A DNA stretch of 32,633 nt. It comes from Octopus bimaculoides (taxonomy: Eukaryota). Location: NCBI RefSeq assembly GCF_001194135.2, contig NC_068982.1, forward strand, positions 100,542,844-100,575,476. The letters are read 5' to 3'. Position numbers and translations under genes: made by a program. The notes beneath the pieces are model-generated. The model was not told the DNA's origin. It searched no databases and saw only the letters and a list, made by a program, of their open reading frames with translations. Of this stretch, positions 22,360-32,633 are shown piece after piece (the stretch's first letter is position 1; each line of letters begins with the position of its first letter).

Positions 22360-22810
22360 GATAGAAAGAGAGAGAGAGGGAGAGAGAGAAAGAGACAGTC
22401 AGAGAGGGAGAGGCAGAGAGAAAGAAAGAGCGAAATAAAGAGAGACAGTGAGAGAGAAAAAGATGGTGGGGTAGGGGACTAATGTTAAAAGACTCAGCTG
22501 TGGTGACAGATGCTGTTGGAGGAGGGAGAGGGGTGATTTTAATGTCTTCCAATATTTGTTCAGAAGCTGCAGTAGTGTTCCATCTCTACTACTACTACTA
22601 TTACCACTACCACTACTAGGTCAGTTATCGCCGGCTGTCTTCGGAGCATATGTGCGTTATCGTTCTCGTCCCTTTTGAAGAATTCTGTCGGTAAATTAAA
22701 AGGTACACGTTCTATAGTCTCTCTTTCTCCCTCCCCTCTCACTTCCCCTCTCCTCTCTCCCTCCCCTCTCCCTCCCCTCTCCACCCTCTCCCTATCCCTC
22801 TCTCTCTTTC
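22360..22810. repeat. GA-rich tract (22360-22460) and TC/CCCCT-rich tract (22718-22810)
   Basis: Visible directly. Confidence 0.85.
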
Positions 22811-23114
22811 ACACTCGCACAAACTCATAAACACGTACCTTTATGCATACACTTTTTAACAAGTAGGTGTGTGAATGTGTAAACAAGTATTTATCTATAA
22901 ACTATTAAATATAGATTACAGGAATACAACCGCGACGAAAATAACGCGTGCGAGAAAATCTTGTAACGCGCAAATTAATTTTCTCATTGATTTTCATGTT
23001 ATAAGGCGAGAATGTGTTCCAACGGAATCTATTTTTTTTTTCCTCTGGAAAAGAAAAAACTAATAAAAAATAAAGTGAAACCAAAAAGGCAACACCACCG
23101 CTTTTATGCCTACA

Positions 23115-23280
23115 GGAGCAGGCATGGGTGTGTGGTAAGAAGTTTGCTTTCCAACTACATAGTCCCGAGTTCAGTCCCACTGCGTGACACCTTGGGCAAG
23201 TGTCTTTTACTATAACCTCGGACCGACCAAGGCCTTGTGAGTGGTTTTGGTTGACGGAAACTGGAAGAAGCCCATCGTAA

Positions 23281-23322
<42 letters not shown>

Positions 23323-23532
23323 GTGTGTAGGAGTGGCTTTGTGGTAAGTAGCTTGCTTACCAACCACATGGTTCCGGGTTCAGTCCCTCTACGTGGCATC
23401 TTGGGCAAGTGTCTTCTACTATAGCCTCGGGCCGACCAAAGCCTTGTAAGTACTGGGGTCAATTCATTCAACTAAAAATTCAAGGCAGTGCCCCAGCATG
23501 GCCGCAGTCTAATGACTGAAACAAGTAAAAGA
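23115..23532 (+). mobile_element. Composite family A: older head + microsatellite + younger head + tail
   Basis: Two consecutive A heads (23115-23280 and 23329-23446) and a tail ending CAGTC-TAAT-GACTGAAACAAGTAAAAGATA. Confidence 0.9.
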
Positions 23533-23801
23533 TAAATGGTACACTGTACAATATGTATACATAAAAATATTTGAAGAGAAATACGTTCGGGCATAAATAT
23601 GACTTGTGATATCGTAGCAGAGTACATTCTTACAATAAATGATGTTGACTACTGTCTGAGTGGTGGTGGTGAAATTAGTGTTACCAGGAGGATAAGGGAC
23701 ACCATCTTATACTTTACAGTTCATCATCATAACCATCTGCTTCAGGGATGAAGAACTTATCCAAAGTTGTTTGATGTTTACGGTCTTACTTCACTTCGTC
23801 A

Positions 23802-24095
23802 AGGCGCAATGGCCCAGTGGTTAGGGCAGCGGACTCGCGGTCATAGGATCGCGGTTTCGATTCCCAGACCGGGCATTGTGAGTGTTTATTGATCGAAAAC
23901 ACCTAAAGCTCCACGAGGCTCCGGCAGGGGATGGTGGCGAACCCTGCTGTACTCTTTCACCACAACTTTCTCTCACTCTTACTTCCTGTTTCTGTTGTGC
24001 CTGTAATTCAAAGGGTCAGCCTTGTCACAACTGTGTCACGCTGAATATCCCCGAGAACTACATTAAGGGTACACGTGTCTGTGGAGTGCTCGGCC
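23802..24095 (+). mobile_element. SINE family B, runs into a gap
   Basis: Aligns to 10051-10345. Confidence 0.95.
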
Positions 24096-24400
24096 NNNNN
24101 NNNNNNNNNNNNNNNNNNNNNNNNNNNNNNNNNNNNNNNNNNNNNNNNNNNNNNNNNNNNNNNNNNNNNNNNNNNNNNNNNNNNNNNNNNNNNNNNNNNN
24201 NNNNNNNNNNNNNNNNNNNNNNNNNNNNNNNNNNNNNNNNNNNNNNNNNNNNNNNNNNNNNNNNNNNNNNNNNNNNNNNNNNNNNNNNNNNNNNNNNNNN
24301 NNNNNNNNNNNNNNNNNNNNNNNNNNNNNNNNNNNNNNNNNNNNNNNNNNNNNNNNNNNNNNNNNNNNNNNNNNNNNNNNNNNNNNNNNNNNNNNNNNNN

Positions 24401-24615
24401 CGATTAAATAAGTACCAGTTATGCACTGGGGTCGAAATAATCGACTTAATCCGTTTGTCTGTCCTTGTTTGTCCCCTCTGTGTGTAGCCCCTTGTGGGGA
24501 GTAAAAGAAATAAGAAGCGTTAGCACGCCGGGCGAATTGCTTAGCGATATTTCGTCTGTCTTTACGTTCTGAGTTCAAATTCCGCCGAGGTCGACTTTGC
24601 CTTTCATCCTTTCCG
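24401..24615 (+). mobile_element. Family C 3' half (24401-24517) fused head-to-tail to a truncated C head (24518-24615)
   Basis: ...AAAGAAATAAGAA|GCGTTAGCACGCCGGGCGAA... Confidence 0.9.
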
Positions 24616-24655
24616 ATCGCGAGCCGAATATTCTTACCACAAAGCCACGCGCCTT
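24614..24655 (-). mobile_element. Family D-like tRNA head fragment
   Basis: Reverse complement AAGGCGCGTGGCTTTGTGGTAAGAATATTCGGCTCGCGATCG resembles 10440-10481. Confidence 0.6.
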
Positions 24656-24659
24656 TAAA

Positions 24660-25350
24660 ATTATCAGAAAGCTTATTTAACTTCACTAGCTGACTTTGTG
24701 TATTGTCTAAAAGGAGTAACACGTTTTTGACACAACATCTTTCTACAGCAGGGCTAAAATTTTTATAAACCAGTCTTTAGAAAGACTCTTAGTCATCCAT
24801 ACCTTCTTATTTGAAAGTCAGATCAGAGCTAAATTAAGCTTTCAGTAACCTTTGAAAGCCATTGGATTTTCGGAGTGATACTCGTGTTGGGGATTTTATT
24901 TCATATCACCAGTAGCATTTCCTCTCAGAAAAAAGCATCAGAAAATTTTGCTAAGCTTTAAATCCTGTTGATTTTTCGTCTCGTTCTGGCAGGCTTGAGC
25001 TTCCGTAGTTTCATCAACATCTTACCGTATTCACGTTCTGGTGTGCAGCCCACTTTAGGAATCATTCATTTCAGCTGCTTCAGATAATTAGTTGCATGCT
25101 TTGAATCACTACCGGCAGCTTCTCCAGTCACTTTTATGTTGTGAAAATTCAAGCGCTTCTTAAACCTTTTAAAACCAGCCTTTACTAGTCAGGAAAAGTT
25201 GTCGTTTTATTAGAATTTTCACCTTCCTTTTACTGCAAATTGTCATACAAACTTTTGGCTATTTTAAAATTAACATCATACTTATCGGCACATTGCATCG
25301 AGTTTGTTCCTCGTTCCATATACCCAAGAGTTGTTAGGTCTGAGCAATCA
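24660..25350 (-). pseudogene. Tigger/pogo-family transposase remnant (CENP-B-type HTH + DDE_1)
   Basis: Across frameshifts: LLGIWNEEQTRCNVPISMMLI..AKSLYDNL; FLTSKGWF..FKKRLNFHNIKVTGEAAG; VDET (~25009-25017); GFKA...GNATGDMK...YHSENPMAFKG...SNKKVWMT...DWF; LLLLDN (D at 24705-24707). Confidence 0.9.
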
Positions 25351-25640
25351 ATGTTTTAGCAATATGGTTGTTGCTTTTTTTCCCCCATACATCAAGCTTG
25401 TCAATACACATGGTAATTCAAGGCTCAAGTACTCTCAAATGACTTCTAAAAGGGGTTACCTGAATTAAACCAAGGTCCAACAACATCTCTAGCATTGGAG
25501 GTAAGATTATACTACAAGATTTATTGATTGCCAGTTATGCGTTCCAACCTAAGAACATCTGGAACTATTGCAGAAGCTGGAGACTTATTACTCCAAAACC
25601 GAAAATTATATAAAGATAGGCGGAAAGCTCTTTCCCTAGC

Positions 25641-25675
<35 letters not shown>

Positions 25676-26635
25676 CGCACACACACNNNNNNNNNNNNNN
25701 NNNNNNNNNNNNNNNNNNNNNNNNNNNNNNNNNNNNNNNNNNNNNNNNNNNNNNNNNNNNNNNNNNNNNNNNNNNNNNNNNNNNNNNNNNNNNNNNNNNN
25801 NNNNNNNNNNNNNNNNNNNNNNNNNNNNNNNNNNNNNNNNNNNNNNNNNNNNNNNNNNNNNNNNNNNNNNNNNNNNNNNNNNNNNNNNNNNNNNNNNNNN
25901 NNNNNNNNNNNNNNNNNNNNNNNNNNNNNNNNNNNNNNNNNNNNNNNNNNNNNNNNNNNNNNNNNNNNNNNNNNNNNNNNNNNNNNNNNNNNNNNNNNNN
26001 NNNNNNNNNNNNNNNNNNNNNNNNNNNNNNNNNNNNNNNNNNNNNNNNNNNNNNNNNNNNNNNNNNNNNNNNNNNNNNNNNNNNNNNNNNNNNNNNNNNN
26101 NNNNNNNNNNNNNNNNNNNNNNNNNNNNNNNNNNNNNNNNNNNNNNNNNNNNNNNNNNNNNNNNNNNNNNNNNNNNNNNNNNNNNNNNNNNNNNNNNNNN
26201 NNNNNNNNNNNNNNNNNNNNNNNNNNNNNNNNNNNNNNNNNNNNNNNNNNNNNNNNNNNNNNNNNNNNNNNNNNNNNNNNNNNNNNNNNNNNNNNNAGAT
26301 TAAATACGCTTTACATCGCTTAATCAGCCAAAGGAGTAAATATAAACAACTGAATACTTGTCAGTGATTGGTTGAAATTATCGAAATAAGACAATTTTTT
26401 ACATGAAATAAATTCGAATACAAAAATGTTTTTCTGTTCTATAACACAAAATAGATAAGTATACGAAGTTTGAAAGTCTTTCCGTACCAAAAACACTACG
26501 TAAAACATTAATGAAAAATGTGGCCCCCGTTTTAAAATAGATCCATATCCCTGATCAACCTTTGAGTGAAAGCTATTTCCACAAAAGACTCTATATATCT
26601 ACTTCATACGTGTTATGATACCTACCAGTCTAAGC

Positions 26636-26682
<47 letters not shown>

Positions 26683-27345
26683 CTAACTACATCTTTCTTT
26701 CTCATTAGCCCCATATACATAGATGCATGTATGCATGCACACGTACATACATACATACATACACACATACATACATATAGCTGTAGTGGGTCCAGCTAGA
26801 AGAAAAGGAAGCGGGGAGTCCACAGGCGAAGTTTTACTTTGATGCGCATGAAGAACTATTTATCTAAATTATTGTGAGTTTTCTTTTGTTTTCAAATTAG
26901 CCCNNNNNNNNNNNNNNNNNNNNNNNNNNNNNNNNNNNNNNNNNNNNNNNNNNNNNNNNNNNNNNNNNNNNNNNNNNNNNNNNNNNNNNNNNNNNNNNNN
27001 NNNNNNNNNNNNNNNNNNNNNNNNNNNNNNNNNNNNNNNNNNNNNNNNNNNNNNNNNNNNNNNNNNNNNNNNNNNNNNNNNNNNNNNNNNNNNNNNNNNN
27101 NNNNNNNNNNNNNNNNNNNNNNNNNNNNNNNNNNNNNNNNNNNNNNNNNNNNNNNNNNNNNNNNNNNNNNNNNNNNNNNNNNNNNNNNNNNNNNNNNNNN
27201 NNNNNNNNNNNNNNNNNNNNNNNNNNNNNNNNNNNNNNNNNNNNNNNNNNNNNNNNNNNNNNNNNNNNNNNNNNNNNNNNNNNNNNNNNNNNNNNNNNNN
27301 NNNNNNNNNNNNNNNNNNNNNNNNNNNNNNNNTATATATATATAC

Positions 27346-27380
<35 letters not shown>

Positions 27381-27587
27381 GATAGATAGATAGATAGATA
27401 GGTATGTATGTAAAAATATATGTGTACACATATGCACATGTAAATATACATGTTCATGCATACATACATAGATATATACATGCATGCATTTACACACACA
27501 CACACACACACACAAACACACACAGAAAGCAAACAACTGGTATCAATTTTGAACATGGCATTTATGGTTTAAACACAATTGTAGTGT

Positions 27588-27978
27588 TGTTATAATAGAA
27601 TTGTTGGAGTAGGATATATATCGCATAAGGAAGGGAGTAAGATGGCGTGCAGATAGTCTCTTACAGCTGTTTCCAGAATAACTGCAGCGAATGAAGATAA
27701 GCTTTCGATATAATAACCGGCTATATAGTCTTCAGAGAAGAAGAATAGAAAAAGATCTTTATAAGGAGATATTAATAGTTACCAGTTCTTCCGTCGTAGA
27801 AGAGAGAGATCTACTAAAGATCTTCCTCCATTCTTCCTGTCTAAAGATGGGATAGTCGGCTATTATATGAAAGATTATCTTCAGAAATGCACCATATGCG
27901 CAGCTGTTTTAGAAGCAATTGTACACCTTTCTCACTCATTTGTATGATACAGTCTACTCCAACAATTCTATTATAACA
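27588..27978. mobile_element. Fold-back / MITE-like element with perfect 25-bp TIRs (TGTTATAATAGAATTGTTGGAGTAG)
   Basis: 27588-27612 is the exact reverse complement of 27954-27978. Inner arms 27693-27761 / 27815-27882 match 55/69. Only a 2-bp GT/GT flank as possible TSD. Confidence 0.7.
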
Positions 27979-28476
27979 GTTACGTTTAAATCATAAATTT
28001 TATGCTCTAAATTGATGCAAATTGTTTGCCTGTTCATTCTTTCTTTCTGCTATATATCTACTTGCTCAATGATGAATCACTTATAGCCATTCATTGCTAG
28101 ACAACTATAACATCACATTTTTGCTTTAAATGCAGTTCAAGTGGGAGTTTTAAGTGGTAAACTAACCTGTGCACTTATTGTATATGCCTGTTACATTACG
28201 TCATTAGACGCGAGTTTAACTGTACACTATCTCTCCTCCCGCTCTCTCTAGATATAGGTAAATCAAAAATATAATCAGGAAAAACAACACAAGTGAAAAA
28301 GATGTACACACTGAATATATGAGATCGATGCACAGAGAAAGTTTAAGATGGAAAAAAGAGACAGGTGTGACGTTTCGAGCATGGTTCTTCGTCAGAAGGA
28401 GAAAAGTCCAGAAAAAAAAAAGAAAAGAATAATCCAAGAAAAGCACACGTGTCGTTACATGGCTGAAAATAACTGG

Positions 28477-28510
<34 letters not shown>

Positions 28511-29310
28511 ACGTACGCACTCGCACGCACACACATATCGATGGATTTGACTGAGTCCATAATTACTAAAACATATTTTACCAAGTAACATTGAAGTTAT
28601 GCCTTATGAATAAGTCTACGTCCATTACAGAGTCAAAAGAAAAACATATATTCTGCGTTGTTTAGTTACATCCCTTTTACCTTCTGCGTTTAAATCGACT
28701 GAGGTCTCCTCCATTTGTGAGCATGCTGTCCAAGATGTATGCCAGCTACTTTCGGTTCAGTCAATTATGTTCCCACCCCGCTCCCAATTCTCATCTTTAC
28801 CAAAGTTTTAAAATCATTAGCAAATCTGGAAATGAAAAGACTATGTAATACCCTTCAGTATTTAGTTTCGTGCTTTTGGCTGTTTCGGTTTCAAATCCTG
28901 CTGGGATAGAGTTACTCCTGAGATTCATAAAAATATGTAACCGACATTAATTTCTGGCTTTATGTTAATGCAAGAAATCTTTGTTGTTCTCGATTCTGTT
29001 CTCTAGAGCAATTCAATTATTCCATATGTCTTTGATAATGATATTTATGGTGGCATCAATCTTCTCTCTTGGATACCATGGGGAGTTTTGAACCTTACAC
29101 ATGAAATACGTTAAACTCTGGTGAATTATACAATGCCTGCCTTCATGCTAAAACGTTAATCTAGGGATTTTTTTTTGTTCTGGTATTGATTTACAACAAC
29201 TTTGGTAGAACCAGGAAGACTTAAAGACTAAATCATCTGTCATTATCATGATATATAATCTCAAAAAGATATTGATAGAACTAGAGATATAGATAGATAG
29301 ATATAGATCG

Positions 29311-29312
<2 letters not shown>

Positions 29313-29352
<40 letters not shown>

Positions 29353-29375
29353 GGAGAAAGAGATTGAGAGAGAAA
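29313..29375. repeat. (GA)n microsatellite
   Basis: Visible directly. Confidence 0.9.
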
Positions 29376-29992
29376 GGCACATATACACACACAGCAGCAA
29401 ACACGCATTAAGAATACTTCAGCTCCTTCTTAGCTACTTCAAAGAATGTACAAAGCTCACGAGAGACCCACAACGTCGTGCTGCTTCCCCACCAGGGACA
29501 AGACTGCTGCTGATACATATGCAGACAGCGAAGACAGCATAGAAACAGACAGCCGGACTTGATTGACATGAAGATGTTCATCAACATACTTCAATCTATG
29601 ACCCGCATACATGCTGTCTCCTCACTCAACTGTTTGTATCACTACTACTTTGTCCTCTGCACCTCGGAACTTGCTGGTTTTGTACCCCTCCTTCCACGCT
29701 TGTCAATTTAATCATTCCTCTCTTCCACCTCTTGAAACCCAAATTATGTTACCCTACCACCACTTTTGACCTGCACTAACCATTCCACTTCGTCCTTCTT
29801 CCTCGAAATATCAAACCACTGGAAAATCCCTCTCGTTTTATTTTAATTTTTCTTACAACTGTCAACTTAAACCATTCGTGACACATAACAGTGAGAGAAC
29901 TTAACCGATCGCTCATCATACTAGAAATAGCAGTAAAATTTCCCTCAAATTTCATCCTACTATTTTTTTTTAAGGAGTTAGTATGTTATCCT

Positions 29993-30380
29993 GTGGAGGC
30001 GCAATNNNNNNNNNNNNNNNNNNNNNNNNNNNNNNNNNNNNNNNNNNNNNNNNNNNNNNNNNNNNNNNNNNNNNNNNNNNNNNNNNNNNNNNNNNNNNNA
30101 GTGTTTATTGAGCGAAAACACCTAAAGCTCCACGTGGCTCCGGCAGGGGATGGTGGCGAACCCTGCTGTACTCTTTCACCACAAATTTCTTTCACTCTTA
30201 CTTCCTGTTTCTGTTGTGCCTGTAATTCAAAGGGTCAGCCTTGTCACACTGTGTCACGCTGAATATCCCCGAGAACTACGTTAAGGGTACACGTGTCTGT
30301 GGAGTGCTCAGCCACTTGCACGTTAATTTCACGAGCAGGCTGTTCCGTTGATCGAATCAACGGAGTGCCAACAACAACAA
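29993..30380 (+). mobile_element. SINE family B, gap in head, 25-bp deletion near the 3' end
   Basis: Starts GTGGAGGCGCAAT like the 10047 copy. TSD ATGTTATCCT / ATGCTATCCT at 29983-29992 and 30381-30390 (9/10). Confidence 0.95.
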
Positions 30381-30649
30381 ATGCTATCCTAGATACATCA
30401 CACCAGAAAATATGACTTCAGATTAAAGACTTGAACACCTTTATGTCTTAAGTCTGACCTTTGCTAAGCAACATCAACAACCCGTTTAAGTTCAGACAGG
30501 ATTAATTTGACACAGTATTATATATAATCTAATTGAGAACGATACATTAACTAAGTATAATAGACACTTTTCAATTTCCTGCGACTCAGTTTTACACTGT
30601 AGTTTCTTCACCGGACTGTAGACTAGATAATTACGAAGGATCATGTATT

Positions 30650-30864
30650 GGTTTCAAATTTTGGCACAAGGTCAGCAGTTTCAGGGGAGGTAGTAAGTCA
30701 ATTACATCGACCCTAGTGGTCAACTGGTTCTTATTTTATCGACTGCGACAGGATGAAAGGCAAAGTCGACTTCGACGGAATTTGAACTAGAGAACGTAAA
30801 GACGGACGAAATGCTGTTAAGCGTTTTGCCCGACGCTGCAACAATTCTGCCAGCTCGCCGACTT
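30650..30864 (-). mobile_element. SINE family C, older copy
   Basis: Aligns to the other C copies. Decayed TSD at 30633-30649 / 30865-30881 (13/17). Confidence 0.9.
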
Positions 30865-31505
30865 ACGGTGGATCACATATTTCTCATACAACGAGTAACT
30901 TTTCTCTGCAATGCTGTGGATGTACTGAGGAAGAGGATATATAACTTGAAAAAAAAATTTTCTGCTAATATTGCTGCAATAATTGCTTGAACGTTTGCTA
31001 CTCAGTTAGAAGCACAGTCGGTGGGATCCAATCACAAGTCGAGCAGAGACGATACCAGAGAGAGTAAATTGTCTGTGACTACAATTTAATTAAGAGACCT
31101 AATAAGCAGTAAATTGCTGAAATGAAATATAGTTATTCCAATATATATTCGTTATATACAAGCGATGTATATGCGGACACACATCATGAACACATGCATA
31201 CACTTACATAAGCGCCCACACCACATGTATAGAAAGAAACATGCGCACTCGCACACATACACACGTGCATACATATGTATATTTCTCTATTAATTAAAAT
31301 AATTTATTTTTCAGTTTTATTCGTGCATACATCCGTTTTTCTCTCTGAGTATTGACGTAATATCCGCCTAAACCAATCGCATATCATCTTATAAAAAACT
31401 CTTTTCCAGTGACAGACGCTTCTAAATTCACTTCATTATAATTCGGTTATATCTCTGTCTTTAAATAAAGTTCAATAAATATTTGTTCTTCACTAAACCT
31501 AGTAA

Positions 31506-31876
31506 AAATAGCAGCCAAATCTTTCTCAAAACACGTGCTGCTGTCATATATATCTACGAGGAAACATTAGATACTCATAGGACTTATTTGAAATCGCATC
31601 CAAATTTCCCTCAAAATATGTGCTACCGCCATATAACTATGAGAATACATTTGATACTTGCAGGACTTATTTTAAATGACAGCCAAATCTCCCTCAAAAT
31701 ATGTGCTACCTCCACATACCTACGAGGAGAACACATTAGATACTAGCAAGACCCACTTGAAATGACAGCCAAATCTCCCTCAAAATATGCGCTGCCACCA
31801 TATATCTATGGGGAGGATACATTGGATACTAGCAGGACCTTTTAGAAATTGCAGCCAAATCACCCTTAAATCACAC
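31506..31876. repeat. Minisatellite, 83-86-bp unit, ~4.4 copies
   Basis: Units start at 31506, 31591, 31674, 31760 and 31846; core CAGCCAAATCTCCCTCAAAATATG...CATT(A/G/T)GATACT..(G/A)GAC. Confidence 0.9.
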
Positions 31877-32409
31877 TCTTCCATCGTATGTCTAAGAAGA
31901 CGACGCGTTAGATTATGTAGTTCTCTATGTGTACCTAAAAAGACAAGGCTTTTCGTGGCAGGAAAACCTTTGACATGACCTAAGGAAGAAGATATATAAT
32001 AAGGGTTGACTTGACTTGGGGGTTAAACAACAACAAAAACAACAACAACATTGCAGCCACTACAAACCAAGCCTTACACCTATACACACTCACACATATA
32101 TACACATATATACACATATATACACATATATACGCACACACATATTAAGTGAGGCAGTTGCCTCATCAGTGAGATATAGATGATTAAACACCATTAATGA
32201 TGCATGAGCGGGAAATGAGAGATTTTTATGGTAATGAACTATGTTACAAGGGTTCATTGGAGATGGGTGCCTTTTAAAGTTCATCTCCATGGGATGTCAG
32301 CGTTGATTTAGTTTGATTTCTTGGCACTGAGGAAATAGGATAACCAGCTAGGAATGGATTAGAATTTTAAAATGAGGCAAAATCTGTAGAGTGATTTAGC
32401 GAAGGCATT

Positions 32410-32601
32410 GATTTCTTCTCTTCCTCCTTATCTTTCTCTTTCTCTCTCTCTTCCTTTCCCCCTCTCGTTCTCTTTCTTCCTCCCCCCCTCTCTCTCTCTC
32501 TCTCTCTCTGTCTACCGTTTCCTCTTTTATTTTCACTGTCACTTTCTATTTCCGTTTCATGATCTTCCTATCTCTCTCTGTATTTTACGAACGCGCGCAC
32601 A

Positions 32602-32633
<32 letters not shown>
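32410..32633. repeat. CT-rich tract and terminal (CA)n
   Basis: Visible directly. Confidence 0.9.

Larger units (their letters stand above)
1110..30099. other. Eleven assembly gaps within this span: 1110-1228, 2488-3132, 3967-4554, 7989-8875, 13823-13832, 19083-19253, 20257-20708, 24096-24400, 25687-26296, 26904-27332, 30006-30099
   Basis: N runs, about 4310 nt in total; ORFs spanning them are artefacts. Confidence 1.

Noticed and set aside
25455-25480. CAGGTAACCCC (minus) as the Tigger left TIR
   Set aside because: No flanking TA, no partner TIR, and too close to the HTH region without invoking another deletion
28681-28825. Minus-strand exon-like segment with a strong acceptor (ttttcatttccAG) and an AAG|GTAAAA donor
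   Set aside because: Stops in all three frames, and only 11-14 codons after internal ATGs; could be a UTR exon but cannot be supported
29380-29720. Short plus-strand ORFs (38 and 47 aa) in higher-complexity sequence
   Set aside because: No splice context, no homology recognised, and within the size expected by chance
31483-31978. Repeat array as a CRISPR or as a repetitive protein
   Set aside because: Whole units are homologous, so there are no unique spacers; unit lengths break frame; no cas genes; eukaryotic context
32150-32172. Hammerhead ribozyme (CTGATGA on minus with a GAGGCA-AC-TGCCTC hairpin); also CTGANGA at ~6519, ~9012, ~17413
   Set aside because: No GAAA after stem II and no stems I/III in the required arrangement

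Overview
Eukaryotic, AT-rich, repeat-saturated non-coding DNA. About 4.3 kb (13%) is N in 11 gaps, mostly next to microsatellites or inside SINEs. The SINE and microsatellite make-up looks like a coleoid cephalopod, probably Octopus; this is inference from recalled repeat families, not a search. No complete protein-coding gene is visible, and nearly all track ORFs are microsatellite or N artefacts. Four decayed autonomous transposons can be read through stops and frameshifts: a DD37D (maT) Tc1/mariner (1-1088, -), an RTE-clade LINE (~15480-16510, -), an R4/Dong-type LINE 3' end (~16700-17746, +) and a Tigger/pogo (~24660-25350, -). There are about 20 copies or fragments of four tRNA-headed SINE families (my labels A-D), several with clear target-site duplications (TSDs), nesting, tandem arrays and shared modules. 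Also present: a 391-bp fold-back element with perfect 25-bp terminal inverted repeats (27588-27978), an ~85-bp minisatellite (31506-31876) and two candidate spliced exons on opposite strands. I found no convincing new multi-gene system. The best leads are the fold-back element, a possible recursive (AG|GT) splice site at 12998, and a twin hairpin with fixed stems and variable loops in SINE family C.
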